32,000 bases of DNA from Candidatus Saccharimonadota bacterium (GTDB lineage Bacteria > Patescibacteriota > Gracilibacteria > Absconditabacterales > Absconditicoccaceae): contig OZ246420.1 in the NCBI GenBank assembly GCA_965231145.1, positions 90,001 to 122,000 on the forward strand. Direction: 5' to 3'. The stretch's first letter is position 1. The number at the start of each line of letters is the position of its first letter. The notes below the pieces were generated by a model, which worked only from the letters and a program-made list of their open reading frames with translations, did not search any database and was not told the DNA's origin. Below are positions 1 through 10,703 of the stretch, in pieces. The translations under genes and the position numbers were made by a program.

Positions 1-59
1 GAGAGATCTGTTCCATATCCCTTGATGAGGCTTTTCTTTTGGTCTTTTGAAATTGCCAT
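1..59 (-). CDS. First 19 codons of a gene that continues beyond the left edge of the window; product unknown
   Basis: ATG at 57..59 (minus strand) opens a frame reading MAISKDQKKSLIKGYGTDL to position 1. This is too short to assign a family. A 289-nt AT-rich spacer separates it from the gene end at 349. Confidence 0.3.
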   Translation of the reverse strand, partial: MAISKDQKKSLIKGYGTDL

Positions 60-348
60 CGTGTGCCCGTCATAATATAAAATAAAAAAATGTCCCTGAG
101 GAGAGGAACAAGGCATACAAAAAACATTGCAGTGCAATCTTATCTGTAGCCAATTACCTCGGTAGGAGATTGCTCATTAAATCAGCTAGAACGCTGATAC
201 CTACTGTCTTTGTATAATTGGTAACGATTCGTATTGCTCGAATCACAGATACTATACTAATTCACTATCTAAATACAAGAGAAAAAAGACACAAACACTA
301 GACAGAGATATAGGTCTTGCCTTGGTCTCTATCTAGAATCTCTGTTTA

Positions 349-2328
349 TTAGCCGGGCTTTTTGGTTTGTAAAAATGGGGTGGTTGTGAGTATGTCGCTC
401 GTTTTTAACTGCTTTGCGACGAACTCGTTTACTATGGTTGGAGAGATCGACGTTCATTTTTGTACATCGCTATTTACCGCATATGCCATAAATTTACGCA
501 TTTTTGAGCCAATATCGTTGGTCGCTCAGAGTAGGTTGTTCTTGTTGGCATCAAATTCCTCTTGGGAAATACCAGTTCCTGCAAGTACGAACTCTTTGAA
601 TTCTTTGCTTTGATTCACGATTGTGCTAAATGAGTCTCTAAAATTCTTACTTTGGGCTGAGATGTTTTTCTGCGAGACTATTTCTCTTATGGTCTGCAGT
701 ATCTGATTTACTCAGCCAGTCGAAGACTGTAGTAGTTTACTTTGTTCCGTGCGAGAGATGTCATTGTTTGATTCTTCCGATATGTTAAAGAGGTTTTTTG
801 TGCTCTTCCCAATATCGGTCTTGTAAAAAGATGTTGTTAATCTATTTGTTTGTTCGTCTATTTTGCTATTTGCATATGCTCCGCTGCTGAGAGAACTGAC
901 AGCATCATTTTTCGTTTTAGTGAGTGATGCAAGCGATGTCAACCCTGTGCCCATAGGTATAATGTTTGAGTTTGCAACGAGTTTCTCAGAAAAAGCGAAG
1001 ACGCTCGTCGCTGCGCTTTTCGTAAATGTCGAGAATGATGCTCCTATCTTGAGGAGCGACCATATGAGTACGACACTGAACCCTGTCACGATAAGATATC
1101 CAATCATACCACCGACAAAGTTACCCATCTCCTTAAACAGGTTTCCATCTATTGTTATCTCTGTTCCTGTTGCCTTATCTTTCAGTGTGGATGTCTTATC
1201 TTTTGAGCTTATTTCAATTTGTTCGATCTGTTTGTTGAATTCGCTTCCTGACTTCTGATCTCCTGGATCTCCGCCGAGTACATAGTAGATACCGATACTT
1301 AATATCATGGCGAGAGAGACAGCGCCTATCATGGCGACTGGCTGAAAAATAAGCGCTAACACATCGCTGAATTTTCAAAATCATATGCTCGTCTTTGCAT
1401 CGCCAAGTTTTTTAATAAATCCAGGTGTCATTTTATCATCAAACGATCGAGCAATCGCCGCAAGCGGCGCGAATGCTATCCGCATTCGTAATCTGAACAT
1501 CCTGATGAAGTTAATAACGATGAGTGCGAACATGGGTACGGTGAACGCGATCAATAGAAACAATTTGATGAAGAGGCCGATGGTGAAGTTTTTCCAGTTT
1601 GATATATCCTGGTTCATGATATCGTAGTCCTGAAACCTGAAAATAGCAGCTCCCATAAAGAGCAGTGGTCCGCTCATGTCATTGAATTTCCCAAACATTT
1701 CTTCGATAGTCTGGCTTCATTCGTGGGTGCTAAAGAGTGGTGCATTTTCTTTGAAACTGACATCTATTCTGACAGGGACAGTGACAGCGAGCTGCATCAT
1801 TTTACTTTTGCTCATGTCTTCCGTCGAGCCTTGGATGAACTGCGTAGGGAAAGCGCCGACTGCTGCAGTAGCGACATTTGAGAGGTCGATGAGTGCTCCC
1901 ATGAGAAACCAACTCATCTGGATCAGCACGCCTGCGAGAAGGTATCTTGGAAGTATCTTTTGTATTTCAAAGGCATCTTTGGTGAAAAATGATTTGAGAA
2001 TGCCGAAGAGAAACAAAAATCCAAGCACGAAGTTTGCGATGTTTTTCATATAGTTCCAGAGCTTGAAGAGGGCGCTATCGAGGTGGAGAAACGTACCATA
2101 TACAAAATCATTGGACATAAGTTTTCCTGCGAGAAAAGCAAGTAGCATCCATCCCCATGAGAGGAATTTGAGTATCGCATTGAATAATTGTGTCATCCAT
2201 GACGATCCTGCTACTGAGCTTGCCACTCCTGTAGCAGCAGAAGCTGCGTCTGCCGCAAAAGTAGGATGTATCCAGAGGACACATGCCACTATTGCTATCA
2301 TGACTCAAAGCTTCACGCACTTACTCAT
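349..2328 (-). CDS. Polytopic membrane protein with signal peptide, 659 aa; TrbL/VirB6-like topology (tentative); paralog of 2368..5313
   Basis: Standard-code ORFs 712..1362, 1381..1698 and 1717..2301 share one frame. The only interruptions are TGA (tca at 2305, 1717, 1381, 1375, 712, 526, 454). The first in-frame TAA is 349..351, and an in-frame TAA at 2338..2340 bounds the start. ATG 2326..2328 gives MSKCVKL-G-VMIAIVACVLWIHPTFA|ADAAS, a signal peptide. There are at least 6 long hydrophobic segments. The blocks NIANFVLGFLFLFGIL and LLAGVLIQMSWFLMGALIDLSNVATAAVG align with the neighbouring gene. Confidence 0.85.
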
Positions 2329-2367
2329 ACTGCTGTTTTACATTTTGAATTTTAAATTTTATACTCA

Positions 2368-5313
2368 TTACGGTGTTGGTGGTGTAGCATTAGCTGGTGG
2401 AGTGTTTGCTGTTGTGTTAGTTCCTGATCAGCCGTTAGGCACCGGCGGAGCCGGTTGTGCTGGTGGTGTCGCTGTTCCCGGGGTTGGAGCAGGTGTTGGA
2501 GTGGGATTATTTGTTGTAGGAATTGGTTGATTGGTATTAGTGTTTGTATTGTTCGTCCCTGGATTAGTAGTCGTAGTTGTCGGAGCTGCTGGCGCTGGCT
2601 GTGGAGCCGGTTGTGCCGGTGGTGTTGGTGTCGCTCCTGGGTTTGTCGCTCCTGTCGCACTACCAGTTGGATTTACCGGAGGATTGTTAGTTGGGGGTGT
2701 CGGAGTTGGGTTAGTATTATTTGTATTTGTATTGGTAGCTGGAGGTTGTTGTGTTGGCTGTGTAGCAGGCGTGTTGCCAGTTTTTTGATTGAGCCGTTTT
2801 TCAAACTCGTTCGTAAATTTCGTTGAAGGACTATCTTTTTCAAACTTTTTTTTCATTTTTTCTATATCTTCTTTGCTGATCTTTATGTCGTCCCAATTTG
2901 ATTCCTTCGTAAGAGTTGTCGTTTTCTTTCCGTCTTTAGATTTTTTCGAGAAACCGTTGCCGGTGAGTGTATATGTTGAGCCTTCGGTATCTGTATATGT
3001 TGTGTGATCATCAGACAAAGCTCATCCAGAAGTCGTTGTGTCGAGAGCATCAATAGCGCTTAGTATTTGTTGTTGAGTTCAGCCATTTGCTCACTCTCTT
3101 CCTGTATAAAGAGAACGAATCTCTTCTTTGTTGAGTCCAAGTCACTTGTTGAGATATTCAAGGAATTTTTTGTCACTAAATGCATCGTCCACGCTCTTGT
3201 ATGCTGCACCTAAACCGCCAACTGTTGCAAGCTTGTTGACAAGATTGAGTCCAGAATCTCCATACTGTGCAAGGTCAAGGTTGTTTCACTTTGCATTGAA
3301 CATATTTCAGTCTGAAGGTGCGTTATAGAGTGCGCCGGTTGGTCACACCAGTTGTTGTACGGCTTGTGTCGCGCTGTTTTTGTCTTTGATGGTTGGTAGG
3401 AGAGCATTCATTTGTTCTTTCCCTTTTGATTTTTGATTTGTAAGAGTTCATTGGAAGAGGTTTTGTATTGCAGGAGAAACAACTGTACGAGCATTTTCTG
3501 ATACAGAGTCGTTGATCTGTCAGGTAATTCTGTCTCCTGTATTTTTAAGTGCCGCGATACTTGTAGGAGCGCCTCATGGCATAGGGATAATAGGAGCAGA
3601 GGCAAGCATGTTTCTCGCAAATTTATCCATGCCTTTAACGGTGTTCTCTGTGAAACTATTCCCCTTCATTGCAGTCATAAGGATGGTCCACATAAGTCCA
3701 ATTCCACAGATGTTGAGAATGATCCAAGGGAAAAAGTCTATCATGCCGGAGATACCAATATCCTGTGCAGGATTGTCGATACATAGTTTTGTGATGACGA
3801 GATTGATACATGTTTTGTTGCCCTCGCTCGATGTATCCATGCCGGTATCTTTAAGTGTGTCACCCTTCGTTAAGCCCTCGCTCAGAACAGAAAGAAACAC
3901 AATACTGATGCTAATAGCAAACGTGACGATAACCGGAAGAAAGACGAGTGCGATAACTTTGCTGACGCCAAATTTTTCCAGAGGTCAGAGCTTTTTTCCA
4001 AATCATAATGCCTCGGCAAGTACCAAAATCGGAGAGAATGCTATCATAATCCAGAGTACGGCAACTCTGATAATGAGAACGACACATAGTACAAGAAGAG
4101 GAAACAGATAGGCGATACCGATGATCGCTTTGATGATCGCTTCCATAGCCATCGAGCCATTTGACTTGTAGACGTTTACGTTGATACTTCCAAGGTTGAG
4201 AAGGCTTCCGTAGAGTGCATAAAATGCTCCTTGGTAACCCTTACCTTTTTGTGCGATGTTGGAAATGGTTTGACACAAAGATGCGTCGCTATCACATCAC
4301 TTGCCGCTGAGAAAATCTGTCTGTGAGTCGTGGAGTGCTTGTTTCAATGCGTCTGAACCTGTTTCGATTTTTTCACCAGCTTTACTAAATGAAAGGATAT
4401 TGTTTCCAAACATACAATATTCTTTATTTATCTCAGACCAGCTGACATTACTATTTCCTATCTTTGCTGAGCTGTCGATGCTTCCGTCTTCTCATTTTGG
4501 CACACCAAACGCGCTTGCCCATTCGTCGTCTTTTAGTAGCTTCTGATTTTTTATGGCACAAGGAAGGTAGTATTCGCTCTCGTTTTCTTCACCTTGTTTT
4601 GGATAAGTATAGAGTATGACAAATCACTTGTCTGTTGTTAGTACGTTACCAATGTCAGAAATATTCATGCTTGCTTTTACTCAAAACACAGGTTTTTTAC
4701 CCGCATTTTCATCTTTCAGTAGTTTTAATGGCAACCCTCCGATACCCACTGTCGCAACAGTAGAAACGTCGATAAGAGCGCCCATCACAAACCAGCTCGC
4801 TTGGATAGCTATACCTGCTAACAGAAGCTCTGTTATCTTTTGCATAGGATTTTTTGCGCCACCGATATTGAAGATGTAGGCAAGGATAGATCGTAAAAAC
4901 AAGAATCCAAGAGCAAAGTTTGCGAAATTCTTCACAATATTCCGGAAGGTAAAGAGTGCGGCGTCGAGCTGAAAATAACTTCCGTAGACCATACCGTTGT
5001 CGAGTGAAAGGCCTGCTAATGCGAGAAATGGCCATAGAAGCAGGTAGATGATCTTGAGTACAATTTCCAATGTGTCAGCGAAATCCTGTTTGCTATCTGT
5101 ATCTTTTTTCGTTGTCGTTGTGCTGCCCCCGTCTTCGGTAGTTCATTCGCTTGCGCCGCCGCCATCTGCGCTTTCTCCTACGCCTGTTGCAGAAGCATGA
5201 GGCACAAAAGATGAAGAATGAATGTCGAAAGGAGTATGTGAAAAAAACAGGGCAATACCCGCGCCCGAGGCAAGAAGAAATGTGATGAGTTTTTTTCGTA
5301 TTTTTGTTCTCAT
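2368..5313 (-). CDS. Polytopic membrane protein with signal peptide, 981 aa; TrbL/VirB6-like core (tentative), then a soluble region and a Pro/Thr/Asn-rich tail; paralog of 349..2328
   Basis: ORFs 5143..5364, 4681..5070, 4003..4278, 3574..3900 and 2428..3018 lie in one frame. I translated every gap and found 18 in-frame TGA and no TAA/TAG until TAA 2368..2370. ATG 5311..5313 gives MRTKIRKKLITFLLASGAGIALFF. The blocks NFANFALGFLFL and LLAGIAIQASWFVMGALIDVSTVATVGIG match the paralog. Confidence 0.85.
2371..2790 (-). repeat. Low-complexity Pro/Thr/Asn/Ala-rich C-terminal tail of gene 2368..5313, with imperfect direct DNA repeats
   Basis: The translation is dominated by PTPTPP, TNTNTN and PAQPAP units. 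gagccggttgtgctggtggtg at 2448 recurs as gagccggttgtgccggtggtg at 2604, 156 bp away. Confidence 0.8.
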
Positions 5314-5387
5314 TTTGCTGGCCAGCCAAATAAAGAAAAGCTCTTTATCTAGTATATCGGGCAAGCGCGCAAAAAGAAATTATAGAC

Positions 5388-6656
5388 CTATGAAAGGATG
5401 TGTAGCTCGTCTAAAAGTGTGCGATATTTGTCAAACTCCTCTCAAGTTCTTGACTTAATGAAATCTTTAACGATAATCTTTCGATCTATAAGGCTTTCTT
5501 GCAAGTTTTTCTGTGCAATCTCAAGTGTGAATGACATATCCGGAGAAAATGTTGTTTTTCTCTTTATGGCCCAGTCTTTCACAGTATGAAGAAGCTCCGG
5601 TTCGATATGCTTCTGGAGATCGTCATAGCCCAGTGATTCGGAAACGAGAGTGACGTGGGTGAGGGACGAGGGATAAGTGACGAGGGATACGTCTACTGAT
5701 CGGGTGCCACCGAAGTTTTCCAGTATTTTTATGTCAATCATTTTCTGGTGTTTTTCTATGGTAGCTTTTTCTATTTTTTCATCTGCAGAAAGAGTCAGGA
5801 CGATGTAAGGATTGATAGCTATTTGCTGTGCTTTTATGGTGTTAGTTTTCGCATCAACTTTATAGAGAAATTTGTGATGATCTTGTTCGAGAGGAGATGT
5901 ATATCGAACACTTCCCGCACAGAAATAATTTTTATATGCAAAAGGCATATGTATATGTCCGGAAATAAGTTCGATGTTTTTATTGTCCAAAAAAGCAGGA
6001 GAAAGCGCAATATCTTTGTAATCAAAGATGGCTTGCTGTCATGGGAATTTCGTATTTGCTATGTAGTAGTGGTGGATGATGGTAAGTTGTGGATATTTCT
6101 CAACGTATTGTTGTAATGTTGCATTTATAAGACCGCTTAAGCGTTCATTAGCATTTTTGGAGTTTAGTAGTTGAGTTATAGATGCATTGAATGCGTCTTT
6201 ACTTGAGGCGAGCAGAGACACATTCAACCCGGCCTTTTGCCCGGCAGGTGCGTCTGTACTCAGAGAGTTTATATGTTTAGAAAATGGGAAAAAGAGGATG
6301 TTTTTTCATTCTATCTCGTGCACTTCCGGCTCGGTAATAAAACGGATGATATTCTCTTTTTGCGGGAGAGCGTCTGCCATTTTTTTTCACTCTGCATAGA
6401 CGAACTGCTGACCAATCCAGTCGTGATTTCCGGCTAATACATACACATTTTTCCCACTTTTCCGAAGCGATAAAAAGAGGTCAAACAGGCGCGCAAGCGC
6501 CGTACGATCGTAGCTGAACATATACATATAATCGCCCAAAAAAATGATGTTTTTCTCATCATTGTTTTCTTGTGCGTACGATGCAATAGAGGCGATTATT
6601 GCATCGGCGTGTTTTGTTGTAATATGTATGTCACCGATTAATAACATAATTCTCAA
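5388..6656 (-). CDS. SbcD/Mre11-family metallophosphoesterase (putative DNA exonuclease subunit), 422 aa
   Basis: ORFs 6387..6656, 6039..6227 and 5442..5990 lie in one frame with 4 in-frame TGA (6387, 6306, 6039, 5442). The stop is TAG 5388..5390. Calcineurin-like phosphoesterase motifs occur in canonical order: GDIH, GDY, GNHD, HH, GHIH. The start is TTG 6654..6656 or ATG 6645..6647. Confidence 0.8.
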
Positions 6657-6887
6657 TGCGAAATGCTAAATTCTCAACAACTTTAAGACATAAAACTGAA
6701 AACTAAAATCTTTTCTAAGGATATCTTCATTAATGATATTACCTATAAAAAATTAAGACTTAAGTTTTTAGGTTTGAGTTGTTGTTGAGTTTATATGTGA
6801 ATAAGGAGGAGTTTGCAAAGGAAAAACAGTTGTTGAAAATTATGATCTGAATACTTATTATCTCGCTACAACAAAAAACACGACACT

Positions 6888-7535
6888 ATGCATGCACAAT
6901 ATTCAGATGACTACAACCAATTCTTGCTTTCTATTAACGCATTTGAGGTTAATTTTGATTTGCCTCATAAGCTCTCATCAGGCTTAAAGATTCCTTTCTA
7001 CTGTGATAATAGGCTTATCTTTTCGTACTTTCATGTCTATGAGTATGCGGTTCATGCTCTCAAAGATATGATACCAACTTATTTCCCGGAAATAGATGTT
7101 ATTGCTCCTGTTTCTACCGCTGGGCTGCCTCACGGATCAATATTGGGCTATCTTTTTATGAAGCCCCTTGTTTACATTCGTCCTGAAGCGAAAGCTTATG
7201 GTAAGCAAAAGCAAATAGAGGGCATATTTGAGTCAGGGAAAAGGGTGCTGATCGTAGAAGATCTGGTATTCACAGGAGAAGCAAGCTTACGGGCAGTGAG
7301 TGCTATAAGAGAAGCCGGCGGTGAAGTGGTTGGCGTCGTTAGCCTTTTCTCTTATGATCTTGCTATTGCTCAAGAGGCTTTCAAATCACACAATGTTGCG
7401 TTATGTCCTCTTACTACTTTTGCATCGCTTATCGCGACGGCTGAGGCTAAGGGAAATATTACTTCTGGGGAGAAATCTCATCTTATGGCGTGGCATAAAG
7501 ATCCATTTAAATGGAACACGCCTATGGCTGTATAA
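6888..7535 (+). CDS. pyrE: Orotate phosphoribosyltransferase, 215 aa
   Basis: The ORF is uninterrupted and ends at TAA 7533..7535. It carries the PRPP-binding motif VLIVEDLVFTGEAS. The N-terminal block LLSINAFEV...SGLKIPFYCDNRL resembles Bacillus-type PyrE. It contains no TGA codons. Confidence 0.9.
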   Translation: MHAQYSDDYNQFLLSINAFEVNFDLPHKLSSGLKIPFYCDNRLIFSYFHVYEYAVHALKDMIPTYFPEIDVIAPVSTAGLPHGSILGYLFMKPLVYIRPEAKAYGKQKQIEGIFESGKRVLIVEDLVFTGEASLRAVSAIREAGGEVVGVVSLFSYDLAIAQEAFKSHNVALCPLTTFASLIATAEAKGNITSGEKSHLMAWHKDPFKWNTPMAV

Positions 7536-7550
7536 AAAGTATATATAATT

Positions 7551-7582
7551 AAAAATCCGCAGTTTTTGCTGCGGATTTTTTT
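7551..7582. terminator. Bidirectional rho-independent terminator between convergent pyrE and gene 7592..9511
   Basis: The sequence is aaaaATCCGCAGtttttgCTGCGGATtttttt. It has a perfect 8-bp stem (7555..7562 with 7569..7576) and a 6-nt loop. An A-run lies on one side and a T-run on the other, so it works in both orientations. Confidence 0.85.
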
Positions 7583-7591
7583 GTCGTTAGA

Positions 7592-9511
7592 TTATTCGTC
7601 TTTCTCGAGTTCACCGTGCTCGATTTTGATCTGGAGTTGTTCAGAGGTCGCCTTAATGGTATTGAAGGTTTGTCCCATCTGTTTCCAGAGCATGGTGTTT
7701 TGTTCGATGAAGTGCTTTATGATGTTCATCATGTCGTTGTTCAGCGTCTTTGATCGATCATACGGAAGGCTATTGTCGATCGCTAATGTACGTGGAGAAC
7801 TGTCTTCGGTAGCGAGATTTGAGTTATTCTGCTTATCCTGGACAGGATTTGGGAGGACAAGGTATTTGTTTTTTTCCTGTCATATATTATTGTCATAATT
7901 TCCAGCGCGTGCGCGATCGGTTATCGCATCGTTTTGTGATTTTGTTTTCTGGATGTTCTCATCGACTACTTCTTTTTGCGCGTCAGAGTCATACATCGGC
8001 TTGAAGGCAAGGTTGACGTCATAAGAGACAAGTTTATTCATTTTCAGCTTATAGAGGCCAGTATCGAGAAATTCCTTTGGTTTGATATGTTTCATAAGCT
8101 GGCCTGAGTCTCTCATGGCGATCACGACTTTGTTGATTTCATCGATGATCTCTTCGATCGTCTTTAACTCTTTATCACTTTTCGCTACTTGTTCTTTTTT
8201 AACCGATATCTTACAGGTTTTACTTCCGAAAATGCCATTTGAGCTATATTGGGTGGTACAGTTACATTTTGTCTCACAGACCTCCTTATCGGCGTCGGGG
8301 AGGGATTCGCATTTTGCCATACACTTATTTGCTGCTTCGTTCATTGCCTCGCTGTTTTCTCCCTCGCCTCCTTCACCCAGACCTGATATTTGGTCTGCGA
8401 GGCTATCTCCTTCGCTATCGCCTTTCGATCCTTTCATAAACTGTTGGAGGGCGGACTGCACATTAATGTTTTTCATGAGCTGAGCGACCTTCTTTTCTGA
8501 CGCAAGGGCGTTCGTGGCTTGATTGCTACTCAGAGCGGTGCCACCATTGCTATTTGACGCTACAGACTCACCACCACACATAAGAGGGCTTGAGGTGCTG
8601 CTAGACCCCTTCTGAGAGGTTATTTGACTATTATATGTGCCTAATTGTTGGAGAGCAGAGATGTCGGTCTTATTTCTAGCTCCATTCTGCGAATTTAAAC
8701 CATTGGTTATCAGAGAAGAAATACCATTTTCTCATCCATTATTGCCTCATTCACTTCCTTCTCCTCATCCTATGTTATCCATATTGCCATTCTGATTGTT
8801 ACCAGAATCATAGAAACTTGTCTCCGGAGCCTTTTCGTTGGACTTGAATAAGATGTCACCGATTTTCTGGATATCGAGGAGAAGGTCAAATGGGCTGTCG
8901 TCAAGGGTGCCATTGAAAAAGATGTCATCGCCGTTGTTTACTGCGTCGAGGGTGTTTAGCTTGGCAGCTATGCTAAAACTGTTGTCAAACGCATCATAGA
9001 CAGTATTTCTACAAAGGGCGTATCTTTCCTGTGTATAGACTTCCTCGGTAGCATTTTTGCTGTTTTCGTCTGGCTGGACACACAGAGCTATCTTGGTACA
9101 ACTTTTGACTACTGCATCTCCGCTGATAGAAAATGCCTTCTTTTCGGTAGCTCCGGCAAACTTTGCGCTCAGCAGTGCATCGGTGCTTGCTATATTGGAA
9201 ATATCCTTTGCCTCGAGCGAGCAGCCATATTGGCTGTTAATATTTTGTGCAACCCCGCTAAATGTATCAAGATGGTTCTTGAGTGCATTTTTCCTTGCCA
9301 TCTTATGGGCGACATCATAGATATTTCCTTCTTCAGCGAGATTTTTCGTGAGAGAAGAGAAATCATTATCTTTGAGGTCTTCATAGGACTGCTGCATTTC
9401 TTCATCGACTGATTTTTCTTCACCATGCGTTGGTATGGAAAGCGCCAGGAAAATTCCTCCGAATAGGAGGATAAGGCTTTTGTATCCATATTTTCGCATT
9501 GCTATGCGCAT
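7592..9511 (-). CDS. Secreted protein of unknown function, 639 aa; last gene of the giant-protein operon
   Basis: ORFs 8765..9511 and 7880..8581 share a frame. The in-frame TGA are at 8765, 8747, 8732 and 7880, and the stop is TAA 7592..7594. The N-terminus MRIAMRKYGYKSLILLFGGIFLALSIPTHG is a signal peptide. The middle is Gly/Asn/Ser-rich (NIG-G-GEGSE-G-GNNG-G-ENG). There is a Cys block KCMAKCESLPDADKEVCETKCNC. I recognised no family. Confidence 0.85.
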
Positions 9512-9541
9512 AGTGAAAGCCGTGGGAAGGTAAAAGGTATG

Positions 9542-10696
9542 TTATTTGTCTCTTTGTTGGACATTTCTGAGTTTATAGTAGAGCTGATTGAGTGGTGTAT
9601 AGATACGGATAAGGGATTTTCTGAAATCCACGAGATCTTCATAGTATGCAAGTAGCCCTATATGTACTGGAAACGTGGTCTGCATATTTTGCAATGTCTT
9701 CTCCGTATAGAGGATGGCGTCAGCGCTTAGTGTGATCTCTTCGTTGAGACGTATCGTTTCCTGCTGTGCTTCCTGTGAGATATCGCTGAATGCGCGGAAT
9801 TCATTGTATTCGGGGTATTGGATGCTTTCCTGAGCAAGCGTAATAAAGAGTTTATAGAAGAGGAGTTCGTTATAGAGAAGGTTATGGAAGCTGTCCCATG
9901 CGAGCGTGTTTTGATTGTCGAATGAGCAGACAACGAACTGTTTTGCATCTTTTTCACACTCCTTTGACTGGTTTTTGAGGAGTTTTTCCGCGTCTATGTA
10001 TTTCGTCTTGTCTGACATTTCCTTCACGTTTTCTATGTACTCTTTGAGGACGTTTCTTGTTTCCGGGTGGTTACAGGCAGCTTCTTTATCAGTTCCTTCC
10101 TTGTCGCTCATATAAAGCGTATCCTTCTTCTTACAGATGCTTTCTCCCGAGCCGAAGTATGTATCAGAAAATGCTTTTATGGCCTCGTCGGTAGAATCAG
10201 ACTGATTACTATAAAGTTGTACCAGTTTCACCTTACTTATATCGTTGATAACGAGCGCAAAGAGCTTTGGAAGGAAGAGAGCAAAGTCACATGAAGTCAT
10301 GTCTCCATCTCGTTTGCAGTCTTCTACTTTAAGGTCTTCCCGGTCATATTCCTTGGTAAACTCTTTGATCTTTTCCATCTCGACGTCGCCTTTTGAACAG
10401 AGCAAGCCGACAAAAAACGATGATTGCGGATCATAATAACGTCATTTGGCGCTAGGATCTGGGAAGCCCTGAGACTTTGACATGGCTGTACAGTATGATT
10501 CGATGAGTCCTTTTCTGCTCTTATTTTCCTGGAGCGTAGAAGAGATGCTTTTCATCATGTTTGTCGTAAATCACTGCTTCGTCGTGTCAGCTGTATATGC
10601 CTCTTTGGAAGATTTCCAAAATATCAGTGCGATGATCGCACCGAGGCAAATGATACTGATAGACACTCTACGGAGTGATGTTGATGAATAACGCAT
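9542..10696 (-). CDS. N-terminally anchored Cys-rich protein of unknown function, 384 aa
   Basis: ATG 10694..10696 gives MRYSSTSLRRVSISIICLGAIIALIFW, a transmembrane anchor. The in-frame TGA are at 10571 and 10442, and the stop is TAA 9542..9544. The start lies 7 nt after the TAA of the upstream gene. Confidence 0.8.
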
Positions 10697-10703
10697 GACG
10701 TTT

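Noticed and set aside
297-340. Imperfect inverted repeat (ctagacagaga ... tctctatctag) just downstream of the TAA of gene 349..2328, a possible terminator.
   Set aside because: The stem has mismatches and no adjacent U-run on the minus-strand transcript. It is much weaker than the two terminators I called.
2063-2826. Several plus-strand Gly/Val/Cys-rich ORFs (2063..2530, 2455..2826, 2531..2788) and the minus alternate-frame ORF 2352..2660.
   Set aside because: These are low-complexity shadows of the Pro/Thr-rich tail of gene 2368..5313. Several overlap each other in different frames, as expected for repeat-driven artefacts.
3512-4111. 199-aa plus-strand ORF, the longest plus-strand ORF inside the membrane-protein locus.
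   Set aside because: It lies opposite a 981-codon minus-strand frame that has a paralog next door, clear TM segments and a signal peptide. The plus ORF has no recognisable motif and no partner features.
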